Below, piece by piece: positions 40,651 to 50,691 of a stretch of 64,000 nt of DNA; position 1 is the first letter of the stretch, and the number at the start of each line of letters is the position of its first letter. The notes beneath the pieces are model-generated. The model had not been told where the DNA came from, made no database searches, and saw only the letters and a list, made by a program, of their open reading frames with translations. The translations under genes were made by a program, and so were the position numbers. Origin of the DNA: an uncultured virus (IMG/VR IMGVR_UViG_3300042375_000779) (lineage: Duplodnaviria > Heunggongvirae > Uroviricota > Caudoviricetes); IMG/VR virus record IMGVR_UViG_3300042375_000779; one strand, written 5' to 3'.

Positions 40651-42669
40651 ATGGCTGTAGATTTTTTTGAAGAAGGACCACAAACTAACCCAAGGAAAGT
40701 TCGTAAAGGTTCAGAAACACCAATTTTAGATAATTTCTCAAGGGACCTAACTAAGATTGCGGAAGAAGGTAAAATTGACCCAGTAATTGGTCGAGATAAA
40801 GAAGTGAAAAGAATTGCACAGATTCTGTCCCGTAAGAAAAAAAATAATGCAGTTATCGTGGGAGACGCTGGTGTGGGTAAAACTGCGTTAGTTGAAAAAT
40901 TGGCTTTAATGATTTATAAGGGTGAATGTCCCACCAATCTTTTGGATAAGAGAGTCGTTTCCCTTGATTTAACTTCACTTGTTGCGGGTACAAAATATCG
41001 TGGACAATTTGAAGAAAGGATTAAGGCGATTTTAAATGAGTTACAACAAGTAACTAACGTTGTGGTTTTTATTGATGAATTACATACAATGGTTGGAGCG
41101 GGAAATGCTAGTGGTGCAATGGATGCTGCTAACATATTAAAACCAGCACTTGCAAGAGGTGAGATTCAATGTATTGGAGCAACTACTTTTGATGAATATA
41201 AGAAACATTTAGAAAAAGATTCGGCACTTGTAAGGAGATTTCAAAAAATCATTCTAAAGGAACCAAATCAATCTGAAACAATTGAGATATTAAAAAATCT
41301 TAAATCATCATACGAAACGTTTCATAAGGTACAATATGAAGATAATGTTATTGAAACAGTTGTCAAACTTTCAAATAGATACATTACAGATAGACAATTT
41401 CCAGATAAAGCTATTGATGTATTAGATGAATTGGGTTCGGAAAAAAGAGTAAGTAGTAGAATACCAGAGTCAATTGAGAAATTGAAAAAATCAGTTGATG
41501 AAATTAAAGAAAAAAAGATTCAAGTGGTTAAGAGTCAAAATTATGAACAAGCCGCAAAATTAAGGGATGAGGAAAGAAAGTTAATCACTAAACTTGAAGA
41601 TGAGAAACAAAAATGGTCAGATAGTTTAAAAGAAAATAAAACACCAGTTACTGTTGATGATGTTTATAATATTATATCAGATATGACAGGTGTTCCAATT
41701 ACTAAATTAGACTCTAAAGAAACTGAGAAACTTTTAAAAATGGAATCTCTTTTATCTGCTAAGGTAATCGGACAAGATGACGCAATTGCAACTATCTCTA
41801 AATCAATCAGAAGAAACCGTGTGGGTATTAAAGAAGCAAATAAACCAATTGGTTCATTTATTTTTATTGGTTCCACGGGTGTTGGTAAAACATTCTTAGC
41901 TAAATCAATTGCTGAGTTATTGTTTGGTGATCCCGAAAAAATAATTCGAGTTGATATGAGTGAGTTTATGGAAAAACACAATGTATCAAAACTAATTGGT
42001 TCTCCTCCAGGTTATGTTGGATATGATGAAGGAGGTCAATTGACTGAGAAAGTTAAAAATAACCCCTTCTCTGTGATTTTATTTGATGAAATTGAGAAAG
42101 CACATAAAGATGTATTCAATATTTTATTACAAATTTTAGATGAGGGACATTTAACCGATTCATTTGGTAGAAAAGTAAACTTCACCAACACAATCATTAT
42201 TATGACTTCTAACGTTGGAGCAAAGCGTGTTTCTGATTTTGGGGGTGGGGTTGGATTTACCACTGTATCGAGCGAACAACAAAAATCTGAGGTTAAAAGA
42301 TCAATCATACAAAAGGCATTAAAACAACAATTTAATCCTGAATTCCTAAATCGTATTGATGATATTATTTTATTTAACGCACTTAACGAAGAAACTCTTA
42401 AAAAGATTATTCAAATTGAGGTTGGTAAATTAAATAATAGATTAACCGATAAGGGTTATAAGATTACTTTTGATAAATCTGTAATTGATAGAATTTATGA
42501 ATTAAACACCCAAGAGGAATATGGTGCAAGACCTTTAAAACGTATCATTCAAAATTTATGTGAAGATTTCCTAAGTGAAGAAATATTACGAGGAAATATT
42601 AAAGAAAATGAGAATATTACTTTAAAGTATAAGGCTGAAAAACTAACGATTGTAAAAAAATTATTGTAA
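40651..42669 (+). CDS. clpC: ClpC-like AAA+ ATPase lacking the N-terminal domain
   Basis: Two Walker A motifs ([16 protein letters not shown]), UVR-type [12 protein letters not shown] and a VGF ClpP-docking loop. Start taken at MAVDF, downstream of TACATTTG. Confidence 0.88.
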   Translation: MAVDFFEEGPQTNPRKVRKGSETPILDNFSRDLTKIAEEGKIDPVIGRDKEVKRIAQILSRKKKNNAVIVGDAGVGKTALVEKLALMIYKGECPTNLLDKRVVSLDLTSLVAGTKYRGQFEERIKAILNELQQVTNVVVFIDELHTMVGAGNASGAMDAANILKPALARGEIQCIGATTFDEYKKHLEKDSALVRRFQKIILKEPNQSETIEILKNLKSSYETFHKVQYEDNVIETVVKLSNRYITDRQFPDKAIDVLDELGSEKRVSSRIPESIEKLKKSVDEIKEKKIQVVKSQNYEQAAKLRDEERKLITKLEDEKQKWSDSLKENKTPVTVDDVYNIISDMTGVPITKLDSKETEKLLKMESLLSAKVIGQDDAIATISKSIRRNRVGIKEANKPIGSFIFIGSTGVGKTFLAKSIAELLFGDPEKIIRVDMSEFMEKHNVSKLIGSPPGYVGYDEGGQLTEKVKNNPFSVILFDEIEKAHKDVFNILLQILDEGHLTDSFGRKVNFTNTIIIMTSNVGAKRVSDFGGGVGFTTVSSEQQKSEVKRSIIQKALKQQFNPEFLNRIDDIILFNALNEETLKKIIQIEVGKLNNRLTDKGYKITFDKSVIDRIYELNTQEEYGARPLKRIIQNLCEDFLSEEILRGNIKENENITLKYKAEKLTIVKKLL

Positions 42670-42783
42670 ATAGTTGACTTTTTACATAAAGCATATATAT
42701 TTATATTCTTGGAGGTTCTCTTTGTCGATTACCTTTTCGTTTTTTTTCATAAGTAAGTGGGGTTGAACCCACCGAAAGACCTT

Positions 42784-42813
42784 AAAACCCCGACACATCG
42801 TTGGGGTTTTTTA
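42784..42813 (+). terminator. Intrinsic terminator
   Basis: AAAACCCCGAC-ACATC-GTTGGGGTTTT followed by a T-run. Confidence 0.75.
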
Positions 42814-42858
42814 TTGCTAAATTTGGTATAATCATTATTTCTTCGTATATTTACACTT

Positions 42859-43047
42859 ATGAAGAAATATATATTCGTTTTCGCACTTTCTGCTATTGTA
42901 GCATTAACTGCGTGTGGTACAGGGTCTACCACAACTGAACAAACAGACTCAACATCGGTTAATGTTGATTCAGCTGCGGTTAACGCAATTGACTCTACTG
43001 TAGTGGCAACTCCTACTGACTCTTCTAAAAAAGAAGAGGTTAAGTAA
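42859..43047 (+). CDS. Small lipoprotein
   Basis: MKK + hydrophobic stretch + LTAC lipobox; T/D/S-rich tail. Confidence 0.7.
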   Translation: MKKYIFVFALSAIVALTACGTGSTTTEQTDSTSVNVDSAAVNAIDSTVVATPTDSSKKEEVK

Positions 43048-43102
43048 CCAAATATGGGTTGGGAGAGATTTTTCCCAACCCATTTCTATTTATTAATAAA
43101 GT

Positions 43103-43534
43103 ATGAATATGGAGGACAAAGAATATACTGGTGACTTAATATTATTAAGAGGATTACCTGGAAGTGGCAAATCATCGTTAGGTGATATAATTCTACACTG
43201 TCCAGGGTCTAATACCCCCGATGTACTATCTGCGGATAATTTCTTTATGGATGATAAAGGAAATTATAATTTTGATGCAACTAAATTAAAACAAGCACAT
43301 AACGATTGTCAACAAAAATGTGCCGAAAGAATGAAATTAGAAATTTCTAGAATTGTTATTGCAAATACTTTCACCGAAAAATGGGAAATGGACACATACT
43401 ATCAAATGGCGGAAAGATACAAATACAGAGTACATACTGTTATTGTAGAAAATAGACACGAAAGTAAAAACGTCCACAGTGTTCCAGACGAAAAATTGGA
43501 ACAAATGAAAAATAGATTTGAAATTAAACTCTAA
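43103..43534 (+). CDS. P-loop polynucleotide kinase-like protein (AAA_33/N4BP2-like)
   Basis: LLRGLPGSGKS, SADNFF, AHNDC, IANTF, NVHSVP. Confidence 0.85.
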   Translation: MNMEDKEYTGDLILLRGLPGSGKSSLGDIILHCPGSNTPDVLSADNFFMDDKGNYNFDATKLKQAHNDCQQKCAERMKLEISRIVIANTFTEKWEMDTYYQMAERYKYRVHTVIVENRHESKNVHSVPDEKLEQMKNRFEIKL

Positions 43535-43611
43535 AATGAGTCAATTTATTAGTTCGTTTATTAATACTGTTCACCCAAACCAAAAAAGAAACAAACCTTT
43601 AATAAAGAGTT

Positions 43612-44817
43612 GTGTTAGAAAAATTAGAAAAATATTACGCAGATGGTTTGTTAATAAAACAAACTCACCCAACTAAAGATTTAACTATTTGGAATTATTC
43701 CCAAAAAGTTCAATATGAAAAACTATGGGATGACATTACTATGCAGTGTCGTGGATTGGTTACCGATTCAAAAGGTCAAATAGTTGCGAGACCATTTAAA
43801 AAATTCTTTAACTTAGAAGAAATGGATTCACCACCTAGTGGTGAATTTAAAGTTTATGAGAAAATGGATGGATCGTTAGGTATACTTTTTTATTATGAAG
43901 AAGAATTAACCGACGAAAAAAGATATAACATATGGTTTAATAACAACTATGAAACTGGTATGGAAAGGTTCTTTGATTCAAACAATTTACCTGATTATGA
44001 TAACCCATACTATGAACCAACCCCAAAAACAAAAGGTGATTGGGTTTTTGCTTCGAGAGGATCGTTCACATCAGAACAAGCGATTAAAGGTGCTGAAATT
44101 TTAAAAAAGTATAATATAGATTCTTTACATCCTGGATACACATATCTATTTGAAATAATATATCCAGAAAATAGAATAGTTGTTAATTACGGCCCCGAAG
44201 AAAAATTAATCTTACTTGGTATTGTTCATACTATGATTGATGATTTTGAAATGCCATTAGAACATAGTGATGGTCTAATTCGTGGGTGCGGGTTTGAACT
44301 TGTTAAATCATATAATTTAGGTGATGATATTGAATCACTAAAAAATAATATATCAAACGACAATGAAGGATATGTGTTAAGATTTAACACTAAACCAATT
44401 AGTAGAATCAAAATTAAGGGAGAGGAATATGTTAGGTTACATAGAATTATTACAAATATATCAAATAAAGATATATGGGAATATCTGAAAGATAATAAAC
44501 CATTTGATGAATTACTAGAAAAAGTTCCAGATGAATTTAATGAGTGGGTAAAAACCACCGTTAGAGATTTAAGATATGGATGTTTTCAATTAAGAGAACG
44601 AGCAGGTAAATTACACGATGGTTTTAGATATGGTAAATTTAATGACAAGGACTCAGAACCATCTAAAAAAGAATTTGCTGAATTTGCAATGAAACAAGAA
44701 GAAATTTTAAGACCGATACTATTTTCAATGTGGGATAAAAATTATTCCAAAGTAGACGAAATAATCTGGAAATCTGTTAAACCAAAATATTCAAAACCAT
44801 TTAAGAATGAACAATAA
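43612..44817 (+). CDS. RNA ligase (T4 Rnl1-like)
   Basis: CRGLV...RPFKKFFN, EKMDGSLG (motif I), SRGSF, FEII, EGYV, KIK. Confidence 0.9.
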   Translation: MLEKLEKYYADGLLIKQTHPTKDLTIWNYSQKVQYEKLWDDITMQCRGLVTDSKGQIVARPFKKFFNLEEMDSPPSGEFKVYEKMDGSLGILFYYEEELTDEKRYNIWFNNNYETGMERFFDSNNLPDYDNPYYEPTPKTKGDWVFASRGSFTSEQAIKGAEILKKYNIDSLHPGYTYLFEIIYPENRIVVNYGPEEKLILLGIVHTMIDDFEMPLEHSDGLIRGCGFELVKSYNLGDDIESLKNNISNDNEGYVLRFNTKPISRIKIKGEEYVRLHRIITNISNKDIWEYLKDNKPFDELLEKVPDEFNEWVKTTVRDLRYGCFQLRERAGKLHDGFRYGKFNDKDSEPSKKEFAEFAMKQEEILRPILFSMWDKNYSKVDEIIWKSVKPKYSKPFKNEQ

Positions 44818-45283
44818 AATTAACATATATCTAGACGACGTAAGGACCCCATTAGAAGATGGTTGGATAGTTGCCAGGGACTACTATCAGTTTGTATCTT
44901 TAATTGAAACACACGGATTAGATAACGTTGGGAGGATATCTTTGGATCACGACTTAGGTGAGAGTGCAATGATTGAATACTATAATAACGTAAAAGACAA
45001 TTACAAACTCAATTACGAAAACATAGAAGAAAAAACTGGATATGATTGTTGTAAATTTTTAGTCAATCTTAGTATGGACATTAACATTCCTTTACCTCCA
45101 ATATACGTACATTCAGCAAACCCAATTGGTAGTCATAATATGATGGGTTATATTAACAATTATTTGAAGAATTGTAAGTTAACTGAAAGTTGTGGTAGAA
45201 ATGAAATACCACATAGAATTGAGGAGGTCTTTATGTTGAGTCCGGAGGCACGAGAGGCGAGGTGGAAAAGAATTAAAAAATAA
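44807..45283 (+). CDS. Cyclic-phosphate-processing receiver-like domain protein
   Basis: IYLDDVR, ISLDHDLG, TGYD, VHSANPIG; overlaps the ligase stop. Confidence 0.8.
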   Translation: MNNKINIYLDDVRTPLEDGWIVARDYYQFVSLIETHGLDNVGRISLDHDLGESAMIEYYNNVKDNYKLNYENIEEKTGYDCCKFLVNLSMDINIPLPPIYVHSANPIGSHNMMGYINNYLKNCKLTESCGRNEIPHRIEEVFMLSPEAREARWKRIKK

Positions 45284-45351
45284 GTAAAATTAATTTTGCA
45301 GTTAAATAAATTTACCTAATTTTACCAAATAAACTTACTAAACCAACCCAT

Positions 45352-45684
45352 ATGCAAATTAAATCCAAAAAAAGTTCAAATGTGTTTAAAGAACTATCTT
45401 TCGAAGGAAGGTATAACGATTTTACAGATTTTTATGACGAAAACAAAACCGAAATTTACAAATCAATTATTGAGTTATTTGGTGAATTTAAGAACGGTAG
45501 GAAAAAAAGTCTTAACCTACAAATATCGGCTAAAATTAGGGGTCTTGATTGGGATACGGAATTTACCTTTAAAAGAGATGAAACTATCATCCTTACAAGG
45601 GACGTAATGCCATATTTTGAAAATATGGAAGACTATGAAACTTGTTCAGAAATTGTTTCTTTAAAAAAAGACTTGACTTTTTAA
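45352..45684 (+). CDS. Hypothetical protein with a C-terminal UVR-like motif
   Basis: YFENMEDYETCSEI. Confidence 0.55.
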   Translation: MQIKSKKSSNVFKELSFEGRYNDFTDFYDENKTEIYKSIIELFGEFKNGRKKSLNLQISAKIRGLDWDTEFTFKRDETIILTRDVMPYFENMEDYETCSEIVSLKKDLTF

Positions 45685-45731
45685 TTTAGATTAATTATAA
45701 TTTTATTTATAGATTAATAGATTATCGTAAG

Positions 45732-45752
45732 ATACATTTATTTATTTTGTCC
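45732..45752 (+). repeat. 21-bp direct repeat, left copy
   Basis: ATACATTTATTTATTTTGTCC, identical to 56612-56632. Confidence 0.85.
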
Positions 45753-45754
45753 CA

Positions 45755-45783
45755 AAAAATCCCCGGTTTCTACTGGGGATTTT
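45755..45783. terminator. Bidirectional terminator between convergent blocks
   Basis: AAAATCCCCGGT-TTCT-ACTGGGGATTTT. Confidence 0.75.
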
Positions 45784-45797
45784 ATTTTTGGAACATA

Positions 45798-47210
45798 TTA
45801 AAGTATTACCCTCGACCCAACCAAGAAATTGTGTAATAATTGAGAACCTGGATCAGTACTGAAATTTGCCTTATAATTAAAACTAAAACCAAAACGTTTT
45901 GAAATTTTATAATCAAAACTACTACCAATCAAAAACCCAATAGTTCTATTAATATTAGTTGAACCTACAGATGGTTGATAACTTATTGGTGATGACATTA
46001 CAAAAACCTGTGGGGATAATGTTAATTTTTTACTATATTGAAATGGTTTAGTCCAAAAACCAACTAAAGATGTTGAAATACTAATATCTCGTTTACCTTC
46101 TAAATTTTCAGTTAATAAACCAATTCCGCCAACGTTAACACCATAGGTACCAATTTTAGGATCTGGTTTTATAAATGTATATGTTGTAAGAGTCATCCAA
46201 GTACCTTTCAAATATGCTACCGACGCACCATACGAGTGAATTGCATTCAATTTACCATTACTAAAATCCATTTTGGTATAACTTGATGAAACAACATACT
46301 GATCTAATGTTGACCATACAATTCCACTAACACCAAATGACTTATCTCCTGCCATAGATGTTTTACTTACACCCATAGATAACATTACACTATATCTTCC
46401 ATCTATAGATTGTGCACTTGTTAAATCTGACGCTAAAAGCATCGGGTTCATATTTTGTTGTTTCTTTTTTTCTTCTTTTTTCTCTTCCTTCTTTTCTTCT
46501 TTCTTTTCGTCAGATTTTTTCTCTTCCTTATTTTCTTCTTTAGATTCGGATTTAGATTCTTCTTTCTTTTCTTCACTTTTACTCTCTGACTTTGATTCAC
46601 TTTTTGATTCTGAACTACTTTCCGATTTTGATTCAGTTTTAGTTTCTGTTTTAGATTCAGATGATCCTCCACTTGATGAGGATGAACTACTTCCACTTGA
46701 TGACGAGTTACTACTTCCACCACTTGGTGGTGCTGATGACCCAGTACTTGGTGGGGTTGACGCAGAACTTGCAGCTGCAGAACTTGCACTACTACTTGCC
46801 GCGGATGATGCTGATGAAGATGCCGCAGAACTTGCTGCCGAGGATGCGGCTGAGGACGCTGCAGAACTTGCGGCGGCGGCCGCTGCTGCGGCTGCAGCTT
46901 GACTTACTGTTTGTTGTACGGTTTGTGTTACTACTGGATTATTCACTGGACAGGTTATTGCTTCATAAGATGTCTTAACGGATAATAACCAAATTTGAGC
47001 AACTCCAGCATTAACTTCTGCTTGTGTGAATGTTTTAATTTGATTATAAAAACTTATGACCGCCTGTCCATTAATATATGTGGTAGTTGCAAATTTTACT
47101 TCTCCACTACATTTATCAATAAAAGTTTGTGTAACGACAGACTGACCATTTACGTTTTGAAATGATAGTAGGAATAAAAAGAATAAAAATAGGATATAAC
47201 ATTTTTTCAT
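45798..47210 (-). CDS. Exported protein with an Ala/Ser- and Lys/Glu-rich linker and a C-terminal outer-membrane beta-barrel
   Basis: Signal peptide, low-complexity linker, amphipathic beta-strands; paralog of 51039-51932. Confidence 0.7.
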   Translation of the reverse strand: MKKCYILFLFFLFLLSFQNVNGQSVVTQTFIDKCSGEVKFATTTYINGQAVISFYNQIKTFTQAEVNAGVAQIWLLSVKTSYEAITCPVNNPVVTQTVQQTVSQAAAAAAAAAASSAASSAASSAASSAASSSASSAASSSASSAAASSASTPPSTGSSAPPSGGSSNSSSSGSSSSSSSGGSSESKTETKTESKSESSSESKSESKSESKSEEKKEESKSESKEENKEEKKSDEKKEEKKEEKKEEKKKQQNMNPMLLASDLTSAQSIDGRYSVMLSMGVSKTSMAGDKSFGVSGIVWSTLDQYVVSSSYTKMDFSNGKLNAIHSYGASVAYLKGTWMTLTTYTFIKPDPKIGTYGVNVGGIGLLTENLEGKRDISISTSLVGFWTKPFQYSKKLTLSPQVFVMSSPISYQPSVGSTNINRTIGFLIGSSFDYKISKRFGFSFNYKANFSTDPGSQLLHNFLVGSRVIL

Positions 47211-47440
47211 TTTTTTTCTTTTAGGCAGATTCTACCTAATTCTTCTTTTCTTAGTGCGATTGTTTGTGAAATAGTACCATTATTGGATAAAAGATGTACA
47301 ATATGAAGTCCTAATTTTTCACCACCAACTTCAATTTCTTGACCCTGTATAAAACCTAATTCCATTAATCTCAGTCTAATACAAGGATTACAATTTTCAC
47401 AATTTATTGATTGTGGTACATCTATAACTTCTTGTGACAT
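47207..47440 (-). CDS. FeoA-like SH3 domain protein
   Basis: RLRLMELGFIQGQEIEV...IALRKEE; N-terminal CxxCxxC. Confidence 0.7.
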   Translation of the reverse strand: MSQEVIDVPQSINCENCNPCIRLRLMELGFIQGQEIEVGGEKLGLHIVHLLSNNGTISQTIALRKEELGRICLKEKK

Positions 47441-48159
47441 TATTTTAAAAATATTTGTTTTTTAATCATTCTATCTAATATTCTAGCACAAGCAATATCT
47501 AAAGCTTTTTTAGTTGCAATTGATATTGTTGATTGATTGAACTTCATTTCATCTACGGTTGCATCTGATAATAACGTTAATTCTCTTGTTGTTTTGGCCT
47601 CACCTAATCCTGATGCTCCAAATACAACACCAGTTTCCGCATTTGTAAATCTAACCTGTAAACCAATACGAGTAACCATTAAATTTTTCACACCGTTTTG
47701 TATGTTAATTGTTTCATCTTCAGATACTGAATAATCATAACATTCGATAGTTACAAAATATTCCGCTAAATTAATTTTACCTCTACCGTCTAATTTATTT
47801 TCAGAAATTCCTGATTGAGATGCTTGGAATTGTTTAACCATTCTATTCTTAATTTCTGTCTTATCCTCGGTAAATTTGAATCTATTTAGGTTTTCAAGAT
47901 ATTCCATAGAAATATTTGCAACACCTAAACCAACACGTTTTTCTTTAAGTTCTGGATACATCTCATACATCTCGTCTGAAATACCAGCCTTTAATATTTG
48001 AATAGGTATTTGTGGACCATCATAATCTAAAAATTTAGATATATCCATAGCCGTTTCAAATGATGCTTTATATTGTTCTGTTTGAGTTTTACCTATAGTT
48101 TGGGAGTTGGAGGTAAACCCAATCAACACACAAACCAATAATATTAATATTTTTTTCAT
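47440..48159 (-). CDS. CsgG/FlgT-like exported protein
   Basis: Signal peptide; GLGVANISMEYLENLNRFKFTE...IGLQVRFTNAETG...ASGLGEA. Confidence 0.65.
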   Translation of the reverse strand: MKKILILLVCVLIGFTSNSQTIGKTQTEQYKASFETAMDISKFLDYDGPQIPIQILKAGISDEMYEMYPELKEKRVGLGVANISMEYLENLNRFKFTEDKTEIKNRMVKQFQASQSGISENKLDGRGKINLAEYFVTIECYDYSVSEDETINIQNGVKNLMVTRIGLQVRFTNAETGVVFGASGLGEAKTTRELTLLSDATVDEMKFNQSTISIATKKALDIACARILDRMIKKQIFLK

Positions 48160-48211
48160 AATTTTTTATCTTATTTATAAATACAAAAAGGGGAGTAAAA
48201 CTCCCCCTTTT

Positions 48212-48484
48212 TTAACCTTCATTTTCAACTTCTTCAGTTTCTTCGTCTGGTTTGTTGTGTTTGTTATTTATGTACTTATCAACCGATGCAATACCAAAGG
48301 CACCTAGTGTTATTACTAAGAATCCGTTGAATATAAATTCGTTGATTACTAATGGTTTTCCAAAATATCCCGTAATAAGATCAACCGCTAAAGCGATAAC
48401 CATACAGATAAATGATGAAAATCCCACAACTGACTTTTCGTTAATTGTGTTGCTGTCGTTAAATAATTCTTTTAAAAATCCCAT
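48212..48484 (-). CDS. Small two-TM membrane protein (holin-like)
   Basis: Two hydrophobic segments and a charged C-terminus. Confidence 0.55.
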   Translation of the reverse strand: MGFLKELFNDSNTINEKSVVGFSSFICMVIALAVDLITGYFGKPLVINEFIFNGFLVITLGAFGIASVDKYINNKHNKPDEETEEVENEG

Positions 48485-48514
48485 AATTTGTGTTTTTTGT
48501 GTTTTTTGTGTTTA

Positions 48515-49144
48515 TTATCCTTCTATGTGTATTTCGGCCATTTCGTCTTTAACCTTACCACATTTTAAGCATTCTTCAGTTCCATCACCATCTAAGTCAC
48601 CCCAAACGTGTTCACATTGTCTGTGTGCGAAATACATATCGATTTTACCATCACCATCGAAATCAATACCATCCATTATACCATCACCATCTTCATCAAC
48701 TTCAATACCTGTTCTTGGTTTTGTGGTTGGTACTTGTTCAAACGTATCGTTTACCTTTTCTATTTTTGAGTTTTCAATAGCGTTTTGAAACGCTTCAGGT
48801 ATGATTGGAGTGTTGTTTGGTGGAGTTGGTGGTAAATCAGCGGTATTGCTTAATGATGTACCATCTTCCTCGTCCATTTTTTGAACTAACATCTTATCCT
48901 TATCCGTATCACTAAACCAATAGTCAATGATTTTACCATAACTACCAATGAATGCCCCCAATAACAATAATAGAAGTTCTTTCCATTCTCCTTCAATTGC
49001 TGATTTATTTAATATAGCGAAGAACATTCCTCCTATTATAAACATAAAACCACCCAATACCAATGCGGTGATGTACCATCTTCTGGCCATCATATTACTT
49101 AATAAATCCTTAAAACCACTTGGTGGTTGTTGTTTTTCACTCAT
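48515..49144 (-). CDS. Two-TM membrane protein with Ca-binding-like DxDGDG repeats
   Basis: DEDGDGIMD, DFDGDGKID, DLDGDGTE; CxH...CxxC. Confidence 0.65.
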   Translation of the reverse strand: MSEKQQPPSGFKDLLSNMMARRWYITALVLGGFMFIIGGMFFAILNKSAIEGEWKELLLLLLGAFIGSYGKIIDYWFSDTDKDKMLVQKMDEEDGTSLSNTADLPPTPPNNTPIIPEAFQNAIENSKIEKVNDTFEQVPTTKPRTGIEVDEDGDGIMDGIDFDGDGKIDMYFAHRQCEHVWGDLDGDGTEECLKCGKVKDEMAEIHIEG

Positions 49145-49225
49145 CTTTTTTTAATTTAAAACTACATTTTATTAAGAATGATATTAATCCCATAAAGAAT
49201 AATATCGTTCCTATTTGGTAATATA

Positions 49226-49534
49226 TTACCACTTAGGTGCTTCCTCTTTAAATTCGTCACCGTCTTTCTTTTTAACGGGCTTAGCGGGTTCTTTAACTGT
49301 TTCTTTTTCTTTAATGATAACAGTTTTACCACCACCTGCAGCTTGTTGTTGAGTTTGTGAATTTGTAATATTAATTACTGGTGCAGCTTGTACTGGAGCG
49401 GGTTCTGCTTTGTCACCACCTAAAAGTGTTGATAACCATACTCCACCTGCGGTTACTAATGTTCCCGCAACCCCAATTATTGTCTTTTTTAAACCTGACC
49501 AAGTTCCTTCTGATTGTTCTACTTCTTCTGACAT
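49226..49534 (-). CDS. Single-TM membrane protein
   Basis: IIGVAGTLVTAGGVWLSTLL; Pro/Gln-rich tail. Confidence 0.6.
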   Translation of the reverse strand: MSEEVEQSEGTWSGLKKTIIGVAGTLVTAGGVWLSTLLGGDKAEPAPVQAAPVINITNSQTQQQAAGGGKTVIIKEKETVKEPAKPVKKKDGDEFKEEAPKW

Positions 49535-49552
49535 TGTATTTTTTTTAATTTT

Positions 49553-49591
49553 TTAGTTTATTTTATTAAAGTCTGTTATTCCTAATTGTTT
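49553..49591 (-). pseudogene. Orphan 3'-end remnant of the 50310-50681 lipoprotein gene
   Basis: Translates to KQLGITDFNKIN*, versus NLLGITDFNKIQ* in the intact gene. Confidence 0.7.
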
Positions 49592-49595
49592 TATA

Positions 49596-50279
49596 TTATG
49601 CACCAAACGCTTTAGTAAATCCTTCAGGACAAGTTTTTTTACATATTAAATCTGCTATCACAGGTGCAAATGCTGACCCAATTGCAATACCAACTCCAGC
49701 TGGTGTTGCCCATAACGCCGCAGAATCTAAACTCTTAGCTAAACAATTTGAAATTATATTTTTTAATAATGTGTGGTCAATACTATCACTAACATATGGC
49801 ATTAGTAAAAACGCATCTTTTATTATTTCACTCATTTCTCCAACTACAGCAACTTTAACCGCCATACTAGTAATAGTTGATGCCATTACCGATAGAGTTG
49901 TTGATGTTGCTACCGCCGCTGGATTTGCTGGTTCTGGTGTGAAGGCATAAACAATTCCTGCTGAGATTGCGGCTGTTACACCTATATTACAAGCATTTGC
50001 ATCCGCCCAGTTGTATGCGTCTATTACACCTTCTTTTACTTCTTCATAAGCTTCTTTAAAAATTGGAACAACTTTATCATCCCACTCTCCACCCACGACA
50101 TCTTCAAGTCTATGATTTATTTCAGGATGATCGTGTATGTACCTTATTGCTTTATCGGTAAGTCCCCACGTTTCACACGTTGAACAAGGACCGTCTCCAC
50201 CAAACCCATAAAATCTTACGTAGTTATCTCCACAATCTGAGCGATGATAAACTATTCCGTCTCCGTTTCTGTCTGCCAT
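49596..50279 (-). CDS. Hypothetical Cys-containing protein with hydrophobic helices (inserted gene)
   Basis: 227-aa ORF lying between the intact lipoprotein gene and the remnant of its 3' end. Confidence 0.6.
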   Translation of the reverse strand: MADRNGDGIVYHRSDCGDNYVRFYGFGGDGPCSTCETWGLTDKAIRYIHDHPEINHRLEDVVGGEWDDKVVPIFKEAYEEVKEGVIDAYNWADANACNIGVTAAISAGIVYAFTPEPANPAAVATSTTLSVMASTITSMAVKVAVVGEMSEIIKDAFLLMPYVSDSIDHTLLKNIISNCLAKSLDSAALWATPAGVGIAIGSAFAPVIADLICKKTCPEGFTKAFGA

Positions 50280-50309
50280 AATATTTGTTTTTTAATTTAT
50301 TTATTTTAT

Positions 50310-50681
50310 TTATTGAATTTTATTGAAATCTGTAATTCCTAATAAATTGTTATTAGAATCATAAAGACCAACTCTATATGCTGATGGGGGTAGTGCCGAT
50401 GTGTATATTTTTAATATATTATCACCTGATTTAACCTCTACCTGTTCTTTAGAGACCACTCTATTTGATATATCTGTAATTTTAATGGTTACAGTACCTG
50501 CGGACACAAGTTTAACATTCATAGCAACTTCTGAAGTCACAAATGAGGTTTCTAACTTAATACCCGATAATGAAGTAATAGCCAATTCTGGTTTTATTTG
50601 TTTAACTTCAGGTACAAAATCATCCTTAGTACATCCACCAAGAATAATCAACCCCATCGATACAATTAATATTTTTTTCAT
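50310..50681 (-). CDS. Lipoprotein with a T9SS CTD-like Ig domain
   Basis: LGGC lipobox; VTIKITDISNRVV...GDN...TSALPPSAYRV. Confidence 0.6.
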   Translation of the reverse strand: MKKILIVSMGLIILGGCTKDDFVPEVKQIKPELAITSLSGIKLETSFVTSEVAMNVKLVSAGTVTIKITDISNRVVSKEQVEVKSGDNILKIYTSALPPSAYRVGLYDSNNNLLGITDFNKIQ

Positions 50682-50691
50682 TTTGTCCTTT

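Noticed and set aside
46450..46900. Low-complexity GC-rich repeats
   Set aside because: Explained by the Ala/Ser and Lys/Glu linker of the barrel protein
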